Part shown: piece by piece, positions 12,443-27,558 of the stretch | Numbering within the stretch: position 1 is the first letter of the stretch | Layout of the letters: each line of letters begins with the position of its first letter | Source: Trichoplax sp. H2 | Taxonomy: Eukaryota | Direction of reading: 5' to 3' | DNA length: 64,000 bases | Assembly (NCBI GenBank): GCA_003344405.1 | Contig: NOWV01000116.1 | Span: 124,001 to 188,000 of the forward strand | Translations under genes and position numbers: made by a program | Notes under the pieces: generated by a model | Told to the model about the DNA's origin: nothing | The model's input: only the letters and a program-made list of their open reading frames with translations | The model's database searches: none

Positions 12443-15400
12443 ATGTCGGATTTCATAGAAGATCTTAATCCTTTATCAGGTAAATCCTCTTTTAATTAAC
12501 CGGTAAGTACACAGTAAATTAATCATCCACTGAAGGCCAATAACGATGAAATGTTAGTACTAAAATTAGTGTACTCGAGTATGCATAAGTTTACGAATAG
12601 AACGATTGCAAATCTTTCAAAGGCCTACTCAAAAAAGAAGTAGAACGACTAGTAAGGACGAGAGGCTCAAGTAAATATATCCAAGACCTAGGCACCACTC
12701 TTATCCGTATTTAGACTAGATAGGTTGTAATTTAGAGCCCAATATTACAGCAGTATCCTTTAAAATCCTAATCCTTACCATTTGAACCAGAATGATTGTA
12801 AATCTTTTAATCATCTACCCGGAAAGATATTAAACGAATAAGAGCGTGTAACCTAAGCAAAATATATCATTGGCTTCGACACCAATTTTATCCATTTTTT
12901 AGTTGGATAGCTTTAAAATTTTAAAATGTGATACCATAACAGCTTAAAATATTATACTACAGCTCAAATATTCACTAACTAATGACAGAATAGGTTATGA
13001 TAAGTGCGTTAAGTTAAAATAATAAATAAAACTTCCTTCATGATACAGAATTAAACTGTTATTGTTTAGCTATTAGATCATTGTAGATTGCTTTAGATCG
13101 CTTATTTTGAGCGATTTGTGGCGATAGTAATCAATTAAATCAATATACAAACAGATTGCATAACAATATTAGAACTACAATCCATAGTATTGAAAACTAA
13201 GTTGATGCAAGAGCCAAACTAGATTGCAGCGACATTATAAATTTGCCAGGATTGAATTAGCTGTTTATTTACATTACACCATTTTACCATGTTCTTCGTC
13301 ATTATAGATTTCTTAATTGGAGTCCCTGCTACGCTTACAAGCTGCTATATAGTTCGAGAGCAATTTGTCCATCAAATTTTTAGACAGTTACAGGATAAGG
13401 ATTTTATCCAAGGCCACCTATTAGTGTATGGATTGCCTGGCACGGGCAAAACGATTGCTGTTAGCCAAGCTGTCTCATTATGGTCGTTGTCTGCTCCACA
13501 GGAAGAAGATCGGCCGATATTTCGGGTTGCTTATTGGACTAAAATAGGTACATTTCGCTTTATACCAGTTATTTACCAACTAAATCTTCATTAAGTAGTA
13601 AGAGACATTTGTCTAAACTCCTCTTAGAATAAGGCCTTTTTCATGGCTTAATCGAGACGACAGAGTTATCGATAACCTTTCTGTCTTACTTTTAAAGTCT
13701 GACAGTATTTTATAAATGCTATTTTCATATTAGATTGTTTACAGAAACCAAGTACTATTAGTTGCACTTTTATATTTGTAGAAATATCCCATAGTCGCTA
13801 CGTTATTCTTATAAGCTGTAAAAGTTTAAAATGGCAGCATTTTCCGTCAAGGATTTGCTGCAAAATAGCGTTCAGTAAATAATACACACATATTAATACA
13901 CGTATAGTAGAGAGAATCCACATCTTCTACTTCTCGATCATAAAAAAATGAAATTGATTTATGATACTAGCTCAGTGTTTTAAATTTTGAAATATCTAAG
14001 TAAGCATCATAAGAATACTTAGCCAAGGATATAATTCATTCTTTCAAGGCAAATGAAATCCACTTTTCAATACTGTAAATACTTATATAAAGGATTCGCT
14101 GCTTAAAACTTGCTTTCTAGGAAATGTCGACAATGGTAACTTATTCCACATACTAATTCAGCTATGCATCCAAATGGGTTTAAGTTGGGAAAAACGACCT
14201 CGAGATTTAGATGAAGTTACTCCATGCATTGAACAATTTCTGCAGGGTATGCCAACGCCGTTAACATCCGAATTACTTATACCTATAACATGAATAGTAT
14301 GAAGAATGCATCGTATTTATCATTAACTAATGCTTAGGATCGATATGTATTTTCTAGCTAACAGCCACAAGTTTGAGATTCTTTTCATTTTCGACGATAT
14401 ATGGGATAAATCGCATTTAGACTATCTAACATTTGCTAAGAAAGCTGTCTTGACTTCTCGTTTTAACTATCCGCAATGGCAAGAAAACTATCATAGTTTC
14501 ATTAAAGCACCGGTTAGTCATAATTTCTTTCATTCATAAGTATACTAAATATTCTTCCATAGTCTTTCTATTTATAGTGAATAACCGAACCAAGCTTTAG
14601 GTCAAGTAATTAAGAAAGCTCATCAAATAATATTCTCTTAGAATGGTTTATTCGGGCAAATGTAGATTAACATTAAAGATTTAATCCCTATAGGAGCAAT
14701 TTACGTCTGATGAAGTAATACAAGTATTGGACGGTTATATCCATAATCATAATTCACAAATCGTTCTTGAAAGTGAATTGATGACAAGGGTTATTCAGAG
14801 CTGTCAGGGCTTACCTTTAGCCATCTCTTTATTGAGGAGTTTAACTTTGGAAACAGAGGAGCACTGGAAAGAAGTAATTGACATTATGGAGTCAAAACCA
14901 GTGGAGCCCAAATTTCCGGATTATGAATTCAACTTATACGACTTTATTATGATGTGTATTAATAACTTGGAGCCTGAAAAGAATGAATTATTTCAATTAC
15001 TTGGTGTTTTTAAAAGAATTCCCATCCCATTTCGCTCCATTATGTGCTTATGGAAACGTAACGAAGCTGAAGTATATGAAATGATGAAAGTGCTGGATGA
15101 GAAAGCGCTAATTACTTATTATGATAATGTCGATATAAATGCAAGGTATGGCTAATATCCAGTCTGGAGATTTTATTGATTTTATTTATCAATATAGCTT
15201 GGCATAGAAATTTTAATCACTTTAACGATCATATCAACAAAACCGCAGTGTTAATAAAAAAGGATTTGGTTGCATACGTAACCATCTTATGTAAATATAG
15301 TTTACTGTATTAAAGAATCATGGCATATTGCTAAGTTAAATAAAGCAGTGACAATAAATCTGAAATTGAATTTTTAGGCCATAATGAAGAACTCTCTAGC

Positions 15401-18400
15401 TTTAATCGGCTATATTTCTAATTAATTGATATTGCACTAAGCTTAACTGCATTTATAATTAGCCTATCATGATAGTGGATACTGGCTAAAAATATAAAAA
15501 TGTTGACAGTTATCTTTTTCCATATACCGGCAAATTATTAGGTATTGCATCATTCACGATTTAATAATCGACTGTCTGCAGCAACATCCAGATCGCCAAG
15601 AAATAAATCAAATACATATGGCAGAATTAAATAAAAATCTTGTTGAAAACTATTGGCAATTATGGCGAAAACAGCAGTGTAACTACAAAGATGATGGCTA
15701 TTTTTACCAGCATATAATTGACCATGCTATAGAAGCTCGTCATAAAGAAACCCTTCAAGGCCTTATGACCGATTTAAAATGGATGAGAGCTAAAGTTATA
15801 GCATGCAACACCCTCCATTGCCTATATGCAGATATTTTGAAATATATGAAATCTACCCACCTCAGTGAAACTACAGTAAGTTCCCACAAACGGCCTAAAA
15901 TTTACTCATAGCTAGAAACAATGAATATTCTTAAATCTCCTTTACATAACTTCATGTTTACAATTTTGTTGTGTCATCTATTAAATACATCATCTAACAT
16001 TTAATGAGATAAAACTAGTAAATGTCGACGAAATTAATCGGAATTAATCTCTTCATTGTGTAAGCGTTTATAAACGATAGAAACATCGCCTTAGATTATC
16101 AAATTATTAAATTTAAATAGAATTTCGCTCATTTGTGATGTGTCCTTTGCTGCTAATCAGCTCTATTCACATGTAGATTTCTTTATTATAGGCAATTATG
16201 GACATTTCTGAACTATACGACTTTCTACGGCAGAATCAGTCCTATTTCAACTTGGAGAAAATGGACTTTTCACAATTTCTGTTGAGTTGTAGTAGTCATA
16301 ATAGCTGGATTCAAGAGAAAGCACTGCAAATTGTTGACAGTAAAACGAAAGAAGATAATTTCAAATTCCATGTTATGATGACGGCGTAAGTTAATCATGA
16401 CAAGATTCTGAAGATTTCATATCTTGTAAAGTTGTACTATCATATTAATTAATTAATACGAATTATGGGTACTTATTTACAGCTATCCTACTCCATCCTT
16501 CAGCTATCTAACATTTTGGAACAATAACAAACTAATTGGAAGATGCTGGAATGATGTATTACCGCGACTTTCCAATGGCAGTATCGATAATTCAAAAATA
16601 ATCTCCACTCACTATAATGGAACTTTGGATAGCTGTATAGTAGTAAGCTAGCTTTAATAATGCTATAATAGTGAACATAGATGAAGGCGACAGCTTTAGA
16701 TCTTGCAGTTAGACTAAAAATAGGGGTACTAATAGCTCTATTCCTAATAGTTTAAAGATTTTTCACTCTAACTACCGATCATTTCTGTAATTTTCAATTT
16801 GAAGGTAATTGACAACCAAACAGGTGATACAAAGTATAAATTGCCATTGCCAGCAATTTGGGTTGAAGAAGTTCGAATTTCATCAAATAGTAAATTGATG
16901 GCCTATTCAAGCCAAGGGGTAAAATATTCATTTACTCATTATGCCCCTTTAAACATATTAGGTCTTAAAATACAAATTCGATAATCACAGTTTGTACATG
17001 TTCTATGTCTACTTTTATCTATTCTCTCCTTTATTACGCACTTTCCATTCTAAAGGATGAGAACCTAGAAATTTTTGGAAAGTTATAACATCTAACGATA
17101 GTGCATACTGTTTAAGCTTTAATGCATTTACATTTTAATACCATCAATTTTGCACTATTACTCTCTTCAGAGTACAGGTTTCTAAAAGTACTGGTAGTAT
17201 TGAAAGCTACCTAAGATAGTGCAAAAAATAATTATAAGGACCATTTCTTTTACTAGACATGGAAAGTATGCTATATTGACTCTTTCGAACATCTTCCCTT
17301 TATCGATGAAAGTGGCATAAAGCATACATTAGAATGCTGTAATTTCGAATTCTTATCCTGTGAAACTACTCCTGCAATGTTAATGACTTTATCAGTTGAC
17401 CGGATGCATATAATTGTAAGCGTAATAAAGTAATAAGTTTATTTCTTGATTACCCTATTTACTTTATTATAGCTCCGATATAGGTAATATTCCTGTAATA
17501 TAGATTTTGCAGTTTTAATAATTCTGGTAACTGTTTTCATAAGTCTAACTAGTATAAAAGGATACACTATAATGATAGATTTGATAATCGTCTTACTTGA
17601 ACAGTTTCGTGAAGAAAAACTCTTCTTAATGCAAAATGTTATCGTATCTTCGTTATTAAATGTCTAGATATGGGAAGTAAGTGGTAATAAAATCCAACGC
17701 ACAACGAAATCGATAGCAAGCCAACAAGAGATTACTTTATTCCAAACCTTACCTAAAGGTGGTAAATTTCTGCTACTGCGTAAGAAATACAATCAGCATC
17801 AAGGACAACAGGAGAAAGATTGGGTCAATGAATGTCTGATCGAGGTACATATTTTATTATTATTTCATGTAAAAATTAGTAGTTATTTCGTAGCTTTGGG
17901 CTGCTCACAACTGGATAATGATATCCAAACCTTAACGATTCGTTACATGGTTGCAAATCAATTTCACAGCAACTATAATATCTTTAAGGCTGAATTATTA
18001 TAAATCGAACTTAACCAATACAATATTTTAAATTCTATTCATGCGATATTGTAAGAAATCAATCAGTTATTGTCAACTAATACTCTGTAATTATCGAAAT
18101 TTTCGAAGATTTGGAATATACTGCCATTTTTTTGCCATCAATCTATTCGAGTTCCAGGACGAATTAAGTGTGATGGAAATTCATATAGCATAAGTAAACA
18201 TGGAAATAAAGCAATGGAATTAAGTCATGTGCAATACACTTCCAATGATTACCTCAATATTGTTGCGCTATACCATTCCAAAGCCTATAAAGGTTCTGTT
18301 TTAGGCTTATTAACCATGGTAAACCGTGGAAATACATCGATTGATTTTATTACAATGTGGAAAAGACATTTTAAGATAATTCATCATGATCCCAAGTGTA

Positions 18401-21400
18401 TCAACCATTCAGCTATATCCGATGACGGGCAATATTTAGCAATCTTGAATGGTCAGGGTAATCTGATGGTAAGCTAGTATGCATACGAGTACACCTACTA
18501 CATGTTTCTGTAGACGCAGATATTAGGAAATCGTTAGCAAATCTATCAAAAAATGAACGTTGGACTATGTATATACATAAGAAAAAGGTGCCGCTTATTT
18601 CTGGCTAAATTAAACAGATTAAAGATTATAGACCTTCTCCACAGTATCTTCAGTAGTACTACCGTTTTATAATTTACATGTCTCGATCCCGATGTTAGTC
18701 CTCAACTTTGCGGGTTAGTAAAGCATGAAATTCGCTCTCATAATTTGCATTGTCTACCAGCCTACCTTAGAATAGCTTATCACATACATTGATGGAGGCT
18801 AAAATATTGCATATGAAGAGAATAGAAGAAAACAGTTGTATTCATAACAAGCAAAATATCTGTACATTATTGTTAATACCCCGGACTAGTTTTATTTTTA
18901 AGTAAAACTCTCCCTTCATGAATCAATTTCTAATAATATTCAGTTTAATCTCACGATTGCAAGAATATTAACCATATAATTTTGGGATTTAATCTATGCA
19001 CAAGTGATGCAATAGAACCCTACCTGTACCCATGGTTAATAGTCAATTAATTTAATCTCATGATTGCAAGAATATGTGAATAATATAATTGCAGGGTTTC
19101 GCATATGTGCACATGATGCAATAGAATCCTGTATGTATCCATTATTAATATTTAATTTAATCTCATGATTGGAAGAATATTTGAAGTATATATATTTAGG
19201 GTTTTATGCATGCGTAAGTGATGTAGATGGGTCCCTATCTGCATCCTTTATTAATAATTAATTTTTATCCTTACGCTTGCAAGAATAGTTGCCCTATATA
19301 ATTTTATGGTTTCATATATGCTTAAGGTGATACAGTATGACCCTACCCATATTCATTATGATTTTAGTGAACCTTTTATAGTTGTAATCGATAGTTGTTA
19401 AAAATCTACGCTATATTTAGCTTACCAAAATTAGCAGTAACTTGTAATCACTTCTTCAAAACCAACAGGTTTTTCGAATCGACGGCAATAGTATTAGTGA
19501 ATATGTAATTATAAACTGCATGCAAACTATACGTCAACTACTATTTGTTCCCACTGGCTACGATCTATTAACGTACGATTGCTCATCTCAAAAACTTTAT
19601 GGATTTACAGTAACAGGTAAAACCGATTTTCAAATATTGCTAATGATGAGCATAAAACTATTTAGAAATTATTTAAAGAAGCAAAGGATATTATTTATCC
19701 ATTATACAATATAGATCGTAATTTGAAATGGCAAAAGATGGATAGCGAGAGCAAAATAGCGTTTCGCCAATGTCATAACGAAGATTACAATTGCGGTAAA
19801 GTACTTGATTCCAGTTGCACCTTTATCGATTGTATTCCATACGTCACCAAGCTCATGAAGATGAACGATGAAAGTCTAAGACTAATAGTAAGTTACATGG
19901 ACTACTTTGGATTACGTTTCATCATAATAAGCAGATTCTGCGTAGATTTATTATGATAACTTACCGTTTAACAGCATCTGTAGTCTATTCTTCAGTAATT
20001 TGATTTGGAAAATGATAACTTCTGCTGTTTTTAGTATTTGAAAATCGAGCGAGCAGCAACTTTTTTAAGTTCCATAATTATGAATACTAAAATAGAAATC
20101 ATAATCAAATTTACAATACTTGAATGACCTAGAATACGTTCAGTACATTCACCTATAAATAATTTAATTACAGCTAAATATTATCAACAGTTAGTTTCTG
20201 CATATATGGTCAGTTTAATATTGTATTTTCATCGCAATTCTGCGGAATTCCTCACGTGTAAAATATTAAGATACTCAAGAATAGGAAAATTTCTAATAGG
20301 TCTATACCGGAGAATCTTTAGAAGCTATATCCAAGTGTAACCTGGGCGAATATAAGTGTGAAAGAAAGTATAGCTGCTTCTTATTTCATAATCTAGATTC
20401 AATCGTTGTCGTTCAACGCTATAAATGCAATCAAACACATTGGACCAAGCTAGTAACTACTTCTCATTGGCATTTTAGCTTAGTTCAGGTGAGGAGATGA
20501 TGTCCAAAGCTGAAATGATTCGTCTGCTGTACTATTATGAGATTTACTTAGAAACGGCAGCTGCTAAAACTGTAAACACATCTAATTAAGAATACCCATG
20601 CTACGGTCAATCCTGGGAATCGGGTACCCATACATCCGAATTATGAAATAGAAGATATTAACTAATGATGGGGACAGATACTACTAACCTATGTTTACAT
20701 TAATGCCGTAACTTACCACACAATGTCTTGTCCTAATCTATAAGTCAATTTTATGATTCAAAAAAACTATCCAGCATCGTCACTTCATTGATCAAAACTG
20801 CTAGAAGCGTATACGCTGCTAGCGTATATAGTAATTATCCTTGCCAAAATAGTAGTACATAATTATTATAATAATTATAATTATAATCAAGAGTATCCGC
20901 TCATTCAGATTATAAAATTCAAGATATTAACTTACAGTGGGAATAAACAACTAATATACCTTAAAACTAGTAATTTAACTTTCAATAGACTTTCTTGTCC
21001 TAATTTTATTAACCAATTTTATACTCAAAGAGATCTACCAGCAGCGTTACTTCATTAGTCAAGATAGCTAGGTGCTGGCACATGCGGCAATTATTCTCGC
21101 AAATAGAGTAGTCTAATTAATTATGTAACATTGAAGAAAAAGTTCCAAAGTGTTTTCTAATCAAAAATAAAATCGCTCCCCTTAATCCGTCATTCGACAG
21201 TAGATAATTGATAGAATTTTTACTCTAATTTATATACGATTAAAATAGCGCGCTAACGCCAATAACGAATTTCTAAAAGTTAATAGAAGAATATTATTCT
21301 TGGAAATAAGTCAAATTATTGTCTTAACATAATCACAGAGACAGTTAAATTCCCATTCTTAGCTTAATAACGCTTAATGGTACATTATTTTAATATCTAT

Positions 21401-22811
21401 GCAATAATGTATGGTTTTGTTGTTATATTAAGACTAAATATCATTCGTCATGAGTCTTCTTAAGATAACCAAAGCGAACTTTTCTAATGTTATTTATTAG
21501 TATGACAACGTACAAATGCCAGCAGCTGATTCCAAACAAGTAGAACATATCTTTGATAATTCAGATTATAACCTAACGATCACGGAAGCAGTATATAGAG
21601 CAAGTGATAAAAAATTGATATTCATTCTAAAAATGCTAGTAAGTAAATGGATTTCGCTATGACTACATGCACATCATTTTAATACTCTAAATATTTGGAT
21701 ATTAACTAATCCACTTTTAATTTGCTTTTTATAATAATATAGTATCCGGATTTATTCCAGAAGTTTGCAATTTTTATTATTGATCGACCTAGTGGTAATA
21801 AGGTGATCTACTGTGAAAACGTTCATAATATCCAACTATCGACTATGATCTACTGTGACGATCGAAACTGTATCCTCCATCAGTGGTTGATAAATGGAGA
21901 CCACGCCATCAAGGTATATATATATGTTATATAACTTTACGGCTAATTTGTAATAATATAAGGATTAGTTAATAATTTCATTCTTTGCCATGCAGTGGTA
22001 TAGAATTGGGGATGATATCAACAAAAGTGCGCTAGTAAAGGAGCATCAATATAAATACTCTAATGGATTAGCTTGCAAAATTGATACACCAAATAAGAAA
22101 TCATTGCAAGATGTAAACTTGCTCATTTCTCCATGGGACACCATAAGCATGTTGGAAACCTTTAACACCGCGGATACAGAGCTATTTGTAAGTTGTTGTG
22201 GCTATGATTCAAAGTATGCAATATACTGACCAATGTTTTGTTATTCTCCGAAGTTAAATCACTCCTTAATTCCAAGTCTCATTTTTTAAAACGATCAATT
22301 TATAATATAATTTAAATTGAAACTTGTTAATACTTTGCCTACCTAGATTAAATATTCAAATAAATCGAAAGAGTGCTGTATATTGCAAAATGGAGATGAA
22401 AAAATGGTATAGAGTTATTTAATAACATTAAGTATCCGAGCATACATTTATTAATCTAAAAAAGAATCATTACCTTAATATAAATCTACCTGTTTCTAGA
22501 TGTTTCATCTTAGTCGTCGTCGACTTTTTATGAAAAATTACAAGTGGATAGGAAAATTTTTCGATTTTAATGCAGTTTATCAACCTACGGTCAATTTCCC
22601 ATCAACTTATTGGCTAAATCAATTTTTCATTGTTCTTGATCGAGATCATCGTAGAATTTGTTTTTATGATACTGTCAATATGAATTTAATACAAGTTTAT
22701 GACTCACCTCTCAACTTTAATTTGATTAGAGCTGACTGCAATAAAGCCCAATCCTTACTTTTATGCCAGTATGAAAACCATCAATATGGTATTCTTAAAC
22801 CAGTATACTAG
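12443..22811 (+). CDS. Apaf-1-like STAND ATPase: NB-ARC, helical domain and divergent WD40-like C-terminus; about 20 exons, roughly 1,200 aa; no CARD seen
   Basis: Motifs in order: GVP..IVRE entry, Walker A YGLPGTGKT, W-T-K-I-G, Walker B LFIFDDIWD, sensor LTSR, CQGLPLAI (GxP), winged-helix IIHDL, Apaf-1 HD2-like DDGYFYQHIIDHAIEA...LMTDLKWMRAK, then propeller-like repeats (AISDDGQYLA, IWE, IWN). All exons splice by hand in frame without internal stops to TAG 22811. The start at 12443 is inferred. Confidence 0.85.
18944..19360. repeat. Intronic tandem repeat, 4 units of ~105 bp
   Basis: tttaatctca(c/t)gattgcaagaatat ... gtgatgcaatagaa... recurs at ~18944, ~19050, ~19155 and ~19262 within an intron of the Apaf-1-like gene. 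Confidence 0.85.
20727..21125. repeat. Diverged ~140-bp direct duplication in an intron
   Basis: cttgtcctaat...aattttat..tcaaa...ccagca..gt.acttcatt..tcaa....gctag...aattat occurs at ~20727 and again at ~20994. Confidence 0.65.
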
Positions 22812-25800
22812 GAGGAATACTCATTTCCGGAACATCCTTTACAATCATGCCAGGAGTTTCAGTTAATTGATTACAAATAATTCAAATTTTATGCCTAGCG
22901 TAATTATACTATAAATATCTAACTGATAACTGGAACAGAACGGCTTTATTGGTTGGTGTAAGATAATTATTGCTCTATTTCTAAACTAATTAAACAACAT
23001 TCGTATAGTATACGCAGGATTTTGTGAGGCTAAGGTATTCAGATGTCTATCTTGGCACATGTCAGCAGATGTTATAATGCAAAATGGTAGATACAACCTG
23101 TATTGTAACTCGTCTCGGGTATGCAGAATTGAAGCTTTGCAGTATTATCTAACCTGTTAAATAATGTTCTCGTCGTCCGATAGTATCAGAACGTATTTTG
23201 CTGCTCAGCTATAGTATCGAAGCCTTTGAAAAATGATTTTCTTAGTATCATTTTAAAGATGGTTGTTATTTTCACCGTCAGAAGGCAAATAACGAACAGG
23301 AATCTATTAAATTATTTGAACTAGCGACATTGTAGTTGTGAAAGCAATATTACTTCTGATCTGTACATGATATCATAATAACTCATTGCATAATGTATCT
23401 AATATTAATCCCACGGTAAAATGTATATAAATTTTCTACTTCCAAATCATTTTATTAAATAGTAGTGTATCAACTGGTTTGTTGTATATTAATCCAATGC
23501 AAGGCCGATTTAGGCTAATTAATTTAAAAATGATCAAAGCTTTTTTTATTAAATAAAAGTCAGATTTAATTTATCCATTTTGCTAGGAATAATTATGTAA
23601 TATTAGTCCATCTAATAAATCTGGAAAAGTAAGTCAGAAAGTATTTATTCCATCTATACAGAAACAAGGATAAATAAAGAAATCAATTGAAGGTTGAAGT
23701 AATCTAGTAAGAAATTCTACTATAATATTACTGTGCGTAACACATAGAATTTCAGAAGTTGAACGTTTGATATCGAAATCGAATCATTTTTATTATGACG
23801 CAAAATGCTATTTAGTAACGAATTTAGTTAACAAACCATGGATCGAATAGCAAGTATGAATGTAAGCTATAACGTAACTGCTTGATTTGGATTTGAAACT
23901 AATACAGACTGCCATCTCGATGTTGTAATATAGAACTACTTCCAGCCTTACAGTATCTAGTCACACAAGGATATTAGGCCTCTCTGTAGTGGTTAAAAGA
24001 GTCTATTACTTAAAAAATATTACCGTTAAATTTTACCGTAGTAGAACTTAAATTGACACAATTACACACCTGCACACCTAGCTTAAGGTTGTCGACCCAC
24101 TCCCACTCCAAGGAGTTTTATACATTTCTAGAAAGGATTAATGATAAACATGTTTTCCCAATCCCTATTTCAGTCAGTTCAACTAAGATCTTATTTTTGC
24201 TTCCTGTACTATTCCTTACTCAAATTTATATTTAATATGGGCCTTGTGAGTGCAAGACCCCAAGCTACGTATGATTGCCATTCCTCACTTTGGGCTAATC
24301 ATACGTCATCTACTAAGATGTGTCGGTGCCGCCTATCAAGGCGCCATGTAGTCCTACTTAACCGTACGACTAACATCCCTAGTATTATCCACTAATAATC
24401 CGATCGGCCTATTACACCTGATAGAGTGCCACTAACACCGCTAATCTACTATCTTATTTACTCGGGGCTCAGCGTAGTCTAGTTTTCCTACAGATACAAT
24501 ACTAAGGCAACATATAATTTAAATCTAAATCAAAAATATTTAAAATCAAGCACAAAATTGGTTAGCTAAACTTTACCAATATTTGGAATGTAATGTATAA
24601 AATGTCATGGTATGTTGCCATGAATTTTAAGGCTATACAGACGAGGTGATAATTCTAAAACATTACTGCTGCTCTTTTCAGGCCAAAATATTTTAAAATC
24701 GAGTACGTCTGTTAATTTAGCTGAATTTTATTAATACTTAGAACACAATGCAAAAAATGTGAATTATTTATTTTAAGAACAGTCTTGAAATGATTAGATA
24801 CGATAAATAAAATTCGATCATTTTTCGACCTTATTTAGAGCTATGTAAACGCAGAGTTTATCGCTTTATGACGTTGCTCATTAAAGGATACTAGTAATGC
24901 ACAATACGATGATTATCGTCTAGAGTAATTTCTGATAACTTTTGAAATTTTAGAATAATTCTGTACCTATTTTTAGCCAATATTAGGTGGTTACACGTAT
25001 AGCCATAATGCCGCAATACCTTCATATTGTAATGAATTAAATAAATATAATTCCTATTATGAGTAGATGCCAACACTACCGACTTCTAGAAGAGTTAGGC
25101 AAATTAAACAGATCATAGCCAACCTTAGCAAGGCCATTACCTGCACGTTTTGCTGTATTAATATAGCATCGATAAAGAAAATTCATTTGATTTCATGATT
25201 TAAATTAACCGCGTTAGGATAGAAAGTTTAAAAATTGAAAGCTATTCTATAATGACATATAGTGACAATAACTTAATCTATCACAGAAATTAAATTCATA
25301 GGGAACGGTAGTATCTAATTATAAGAATTAATTATCCATAATCCCAGCTTGTATTGTAAGTGTGATGTATGTAGAAAATAGTTAAAAATAAAAAGTGGGT
25401 ATATAACAAGCTAATGATCACAGTAATCGAATTTTGATTTATATTACCGGTATATTATGACTTTAATTGCAGTTATTACAGGAAATAAGTTGATCTTCCA
25501 CAGTTAACTACAGAATAATAAAATGGCATATGGAAGAATTTTAAGGAAGAGGAGATAAAAGTTACTCTTGAAATTTGAGAATTGTTTGCACAATTGTAAA
25601 AGACGAAATTATTTAAATTATAACTGAAAATTATCATTTCCATAATAGATTCTAGGAGAAGCTTTTACAAGCTTTTAATAATTTCTAAATATCTCACGAT
25701 AATTATATTAGGTATGGTCATGTTATGTTTCTCACTAACAATTCAGTTTATAATTTGGACCATTTACATTAAATTAGGAGTAACTTTGCGTATGATAGAT

Positions 25801-27558
25801 ATTCTGCGTATCCGAAAAAAATTATTACATATACATGTATTGCATGTCTTATTAAATATTGAGCATTGAGGATACCTCAAAACGATATAAATCAAGGAAT
25901 AAAGGTATCAATATGCATCTAACGCATAGGGATAAATTACGAACTACAAGGCCATTCATAGCAAAAGTTTTGAGATTCCGACTAAAGCAGTGTATGCCCA
26001 CAATACTTTTTATCACCTGAAAGCTTTTATATTAGATATATACAGTACATATATATATAAAATTTTGATTATTAATAAGAAACGACTATCTTTGGATACT
26101 GAATGTGTATTTATTAATTAATATGCACTAGGTTTCTATCAATATAGATACCTATACGTCAATTATAATAACGAATGTTATCGGATACAGCAGCTTTAAG
26201 CAGAGAAATTTTAAGACTTCAACGGTAGTTCTCGGATACCATTGCTGCAGAATTGTATTGCTCGATAATTTATATTTCAACAGTCTACTTTGAATGAGGA
26301 AGCACAGAGTGATATATGCTAACGATAGCACGATGACTATAGTAGAAACGGAAGGAAATAGCACATCGATTCCGGCTTAAGAAATTTGCTTATGTTTTAT
26401 GAATTTGCTCTTTGATTCTAGCTAGAATCATCTAGAAGCCTAATAATGCAGGCTTATTAATACCTGTTTGCAGTAATTATAACTTTGAGTTTTATAATAA
26501 ATATATAATTACACCATTTCTATGGCGTTCATACTAAACTATAATGATTTTGAATGAAAAGTTAATTGACATTGTATAGAGTTAAACTTCAATAGCTTTG
26601 ATAATCGCTCTACTAGGCTTAAATTTAAAGTTGAATATATGTATATGTTCTGTAAGTGATCCCGAAAAATCCCAATACAATCGCTATAAGCAGCAATGGA
26701 GAGTACGTATCGTGACCACTCGAAAATACTTTAATTGTTAATGCTCCACTTTATAATGCTGTAAATTCGCCGATGCTTTTGAGTAGTCCATAAATCTGTT
26801 AGTACTGTGGATTTAAATATCATCTAGAAAATTTGGAATGGCAACCGTAGTTGAAATTTAACTAATAGCAGATGCATATTACTACTCATGGCATTAATGT
26901 GGTATCATGATAATTTTACGGACAACTTGCTATTGATCATTAGTTGGATCAAGATAGGTAATCCAACAAAAGTATTTACTTCGTTACCATAGTAGCATTA
27001 ATTAGATTGTAATTGCATTCAATGATTAATTTCCAGTAGGTCATAAATTCATCTATTTGGTCCAATGAGAACATCAATACTTTTCATTTCAAAGATAATG
27101 CTTTCTTGTATGCTTTTCCAGTAGAAATTATACTTCCGTTAGTCATTTTAAAATAATTAAAGCCAAGCTGTCATCCATTTTCCGATTTTGGATAAGCGCG
27201 TTTTATAATCATTTATTCGGTCCTTTATCAGAAACTTTCTCGAGACAGCTATCAATTTATCAATTATACATAATAATTTTTGGCTAATTTATAACTAAAT
27301 ATCAATAGCCAATTCCAATACAGATGCAACAAAGATACGTAGTATTGTTCCATTCTCGCTATTAACGCTGCCTTTGTATCTTACTATTCGTGCTTTGGCC
27401 TAAGCAAAAATTTTCTCCTTTTTAGGGAACTGATACAAGAATTTTGATTTCATTCTAGTATCGTCGTTAACAATTTAATCGATTTTGCATCAGTACAGAC
27501 AGAACGCCGATGTCCATATTAAGTCAAGGAAACTGAAATATTTTATGAATTTCTAGCA

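Noticed and set aside
23976..24010. tRNA-like start (ggcctctctgtagtggttaaaag)
   Set aside because: No T-loop GTTCRA, anticodon arm or acceptor-stem complement downstream.
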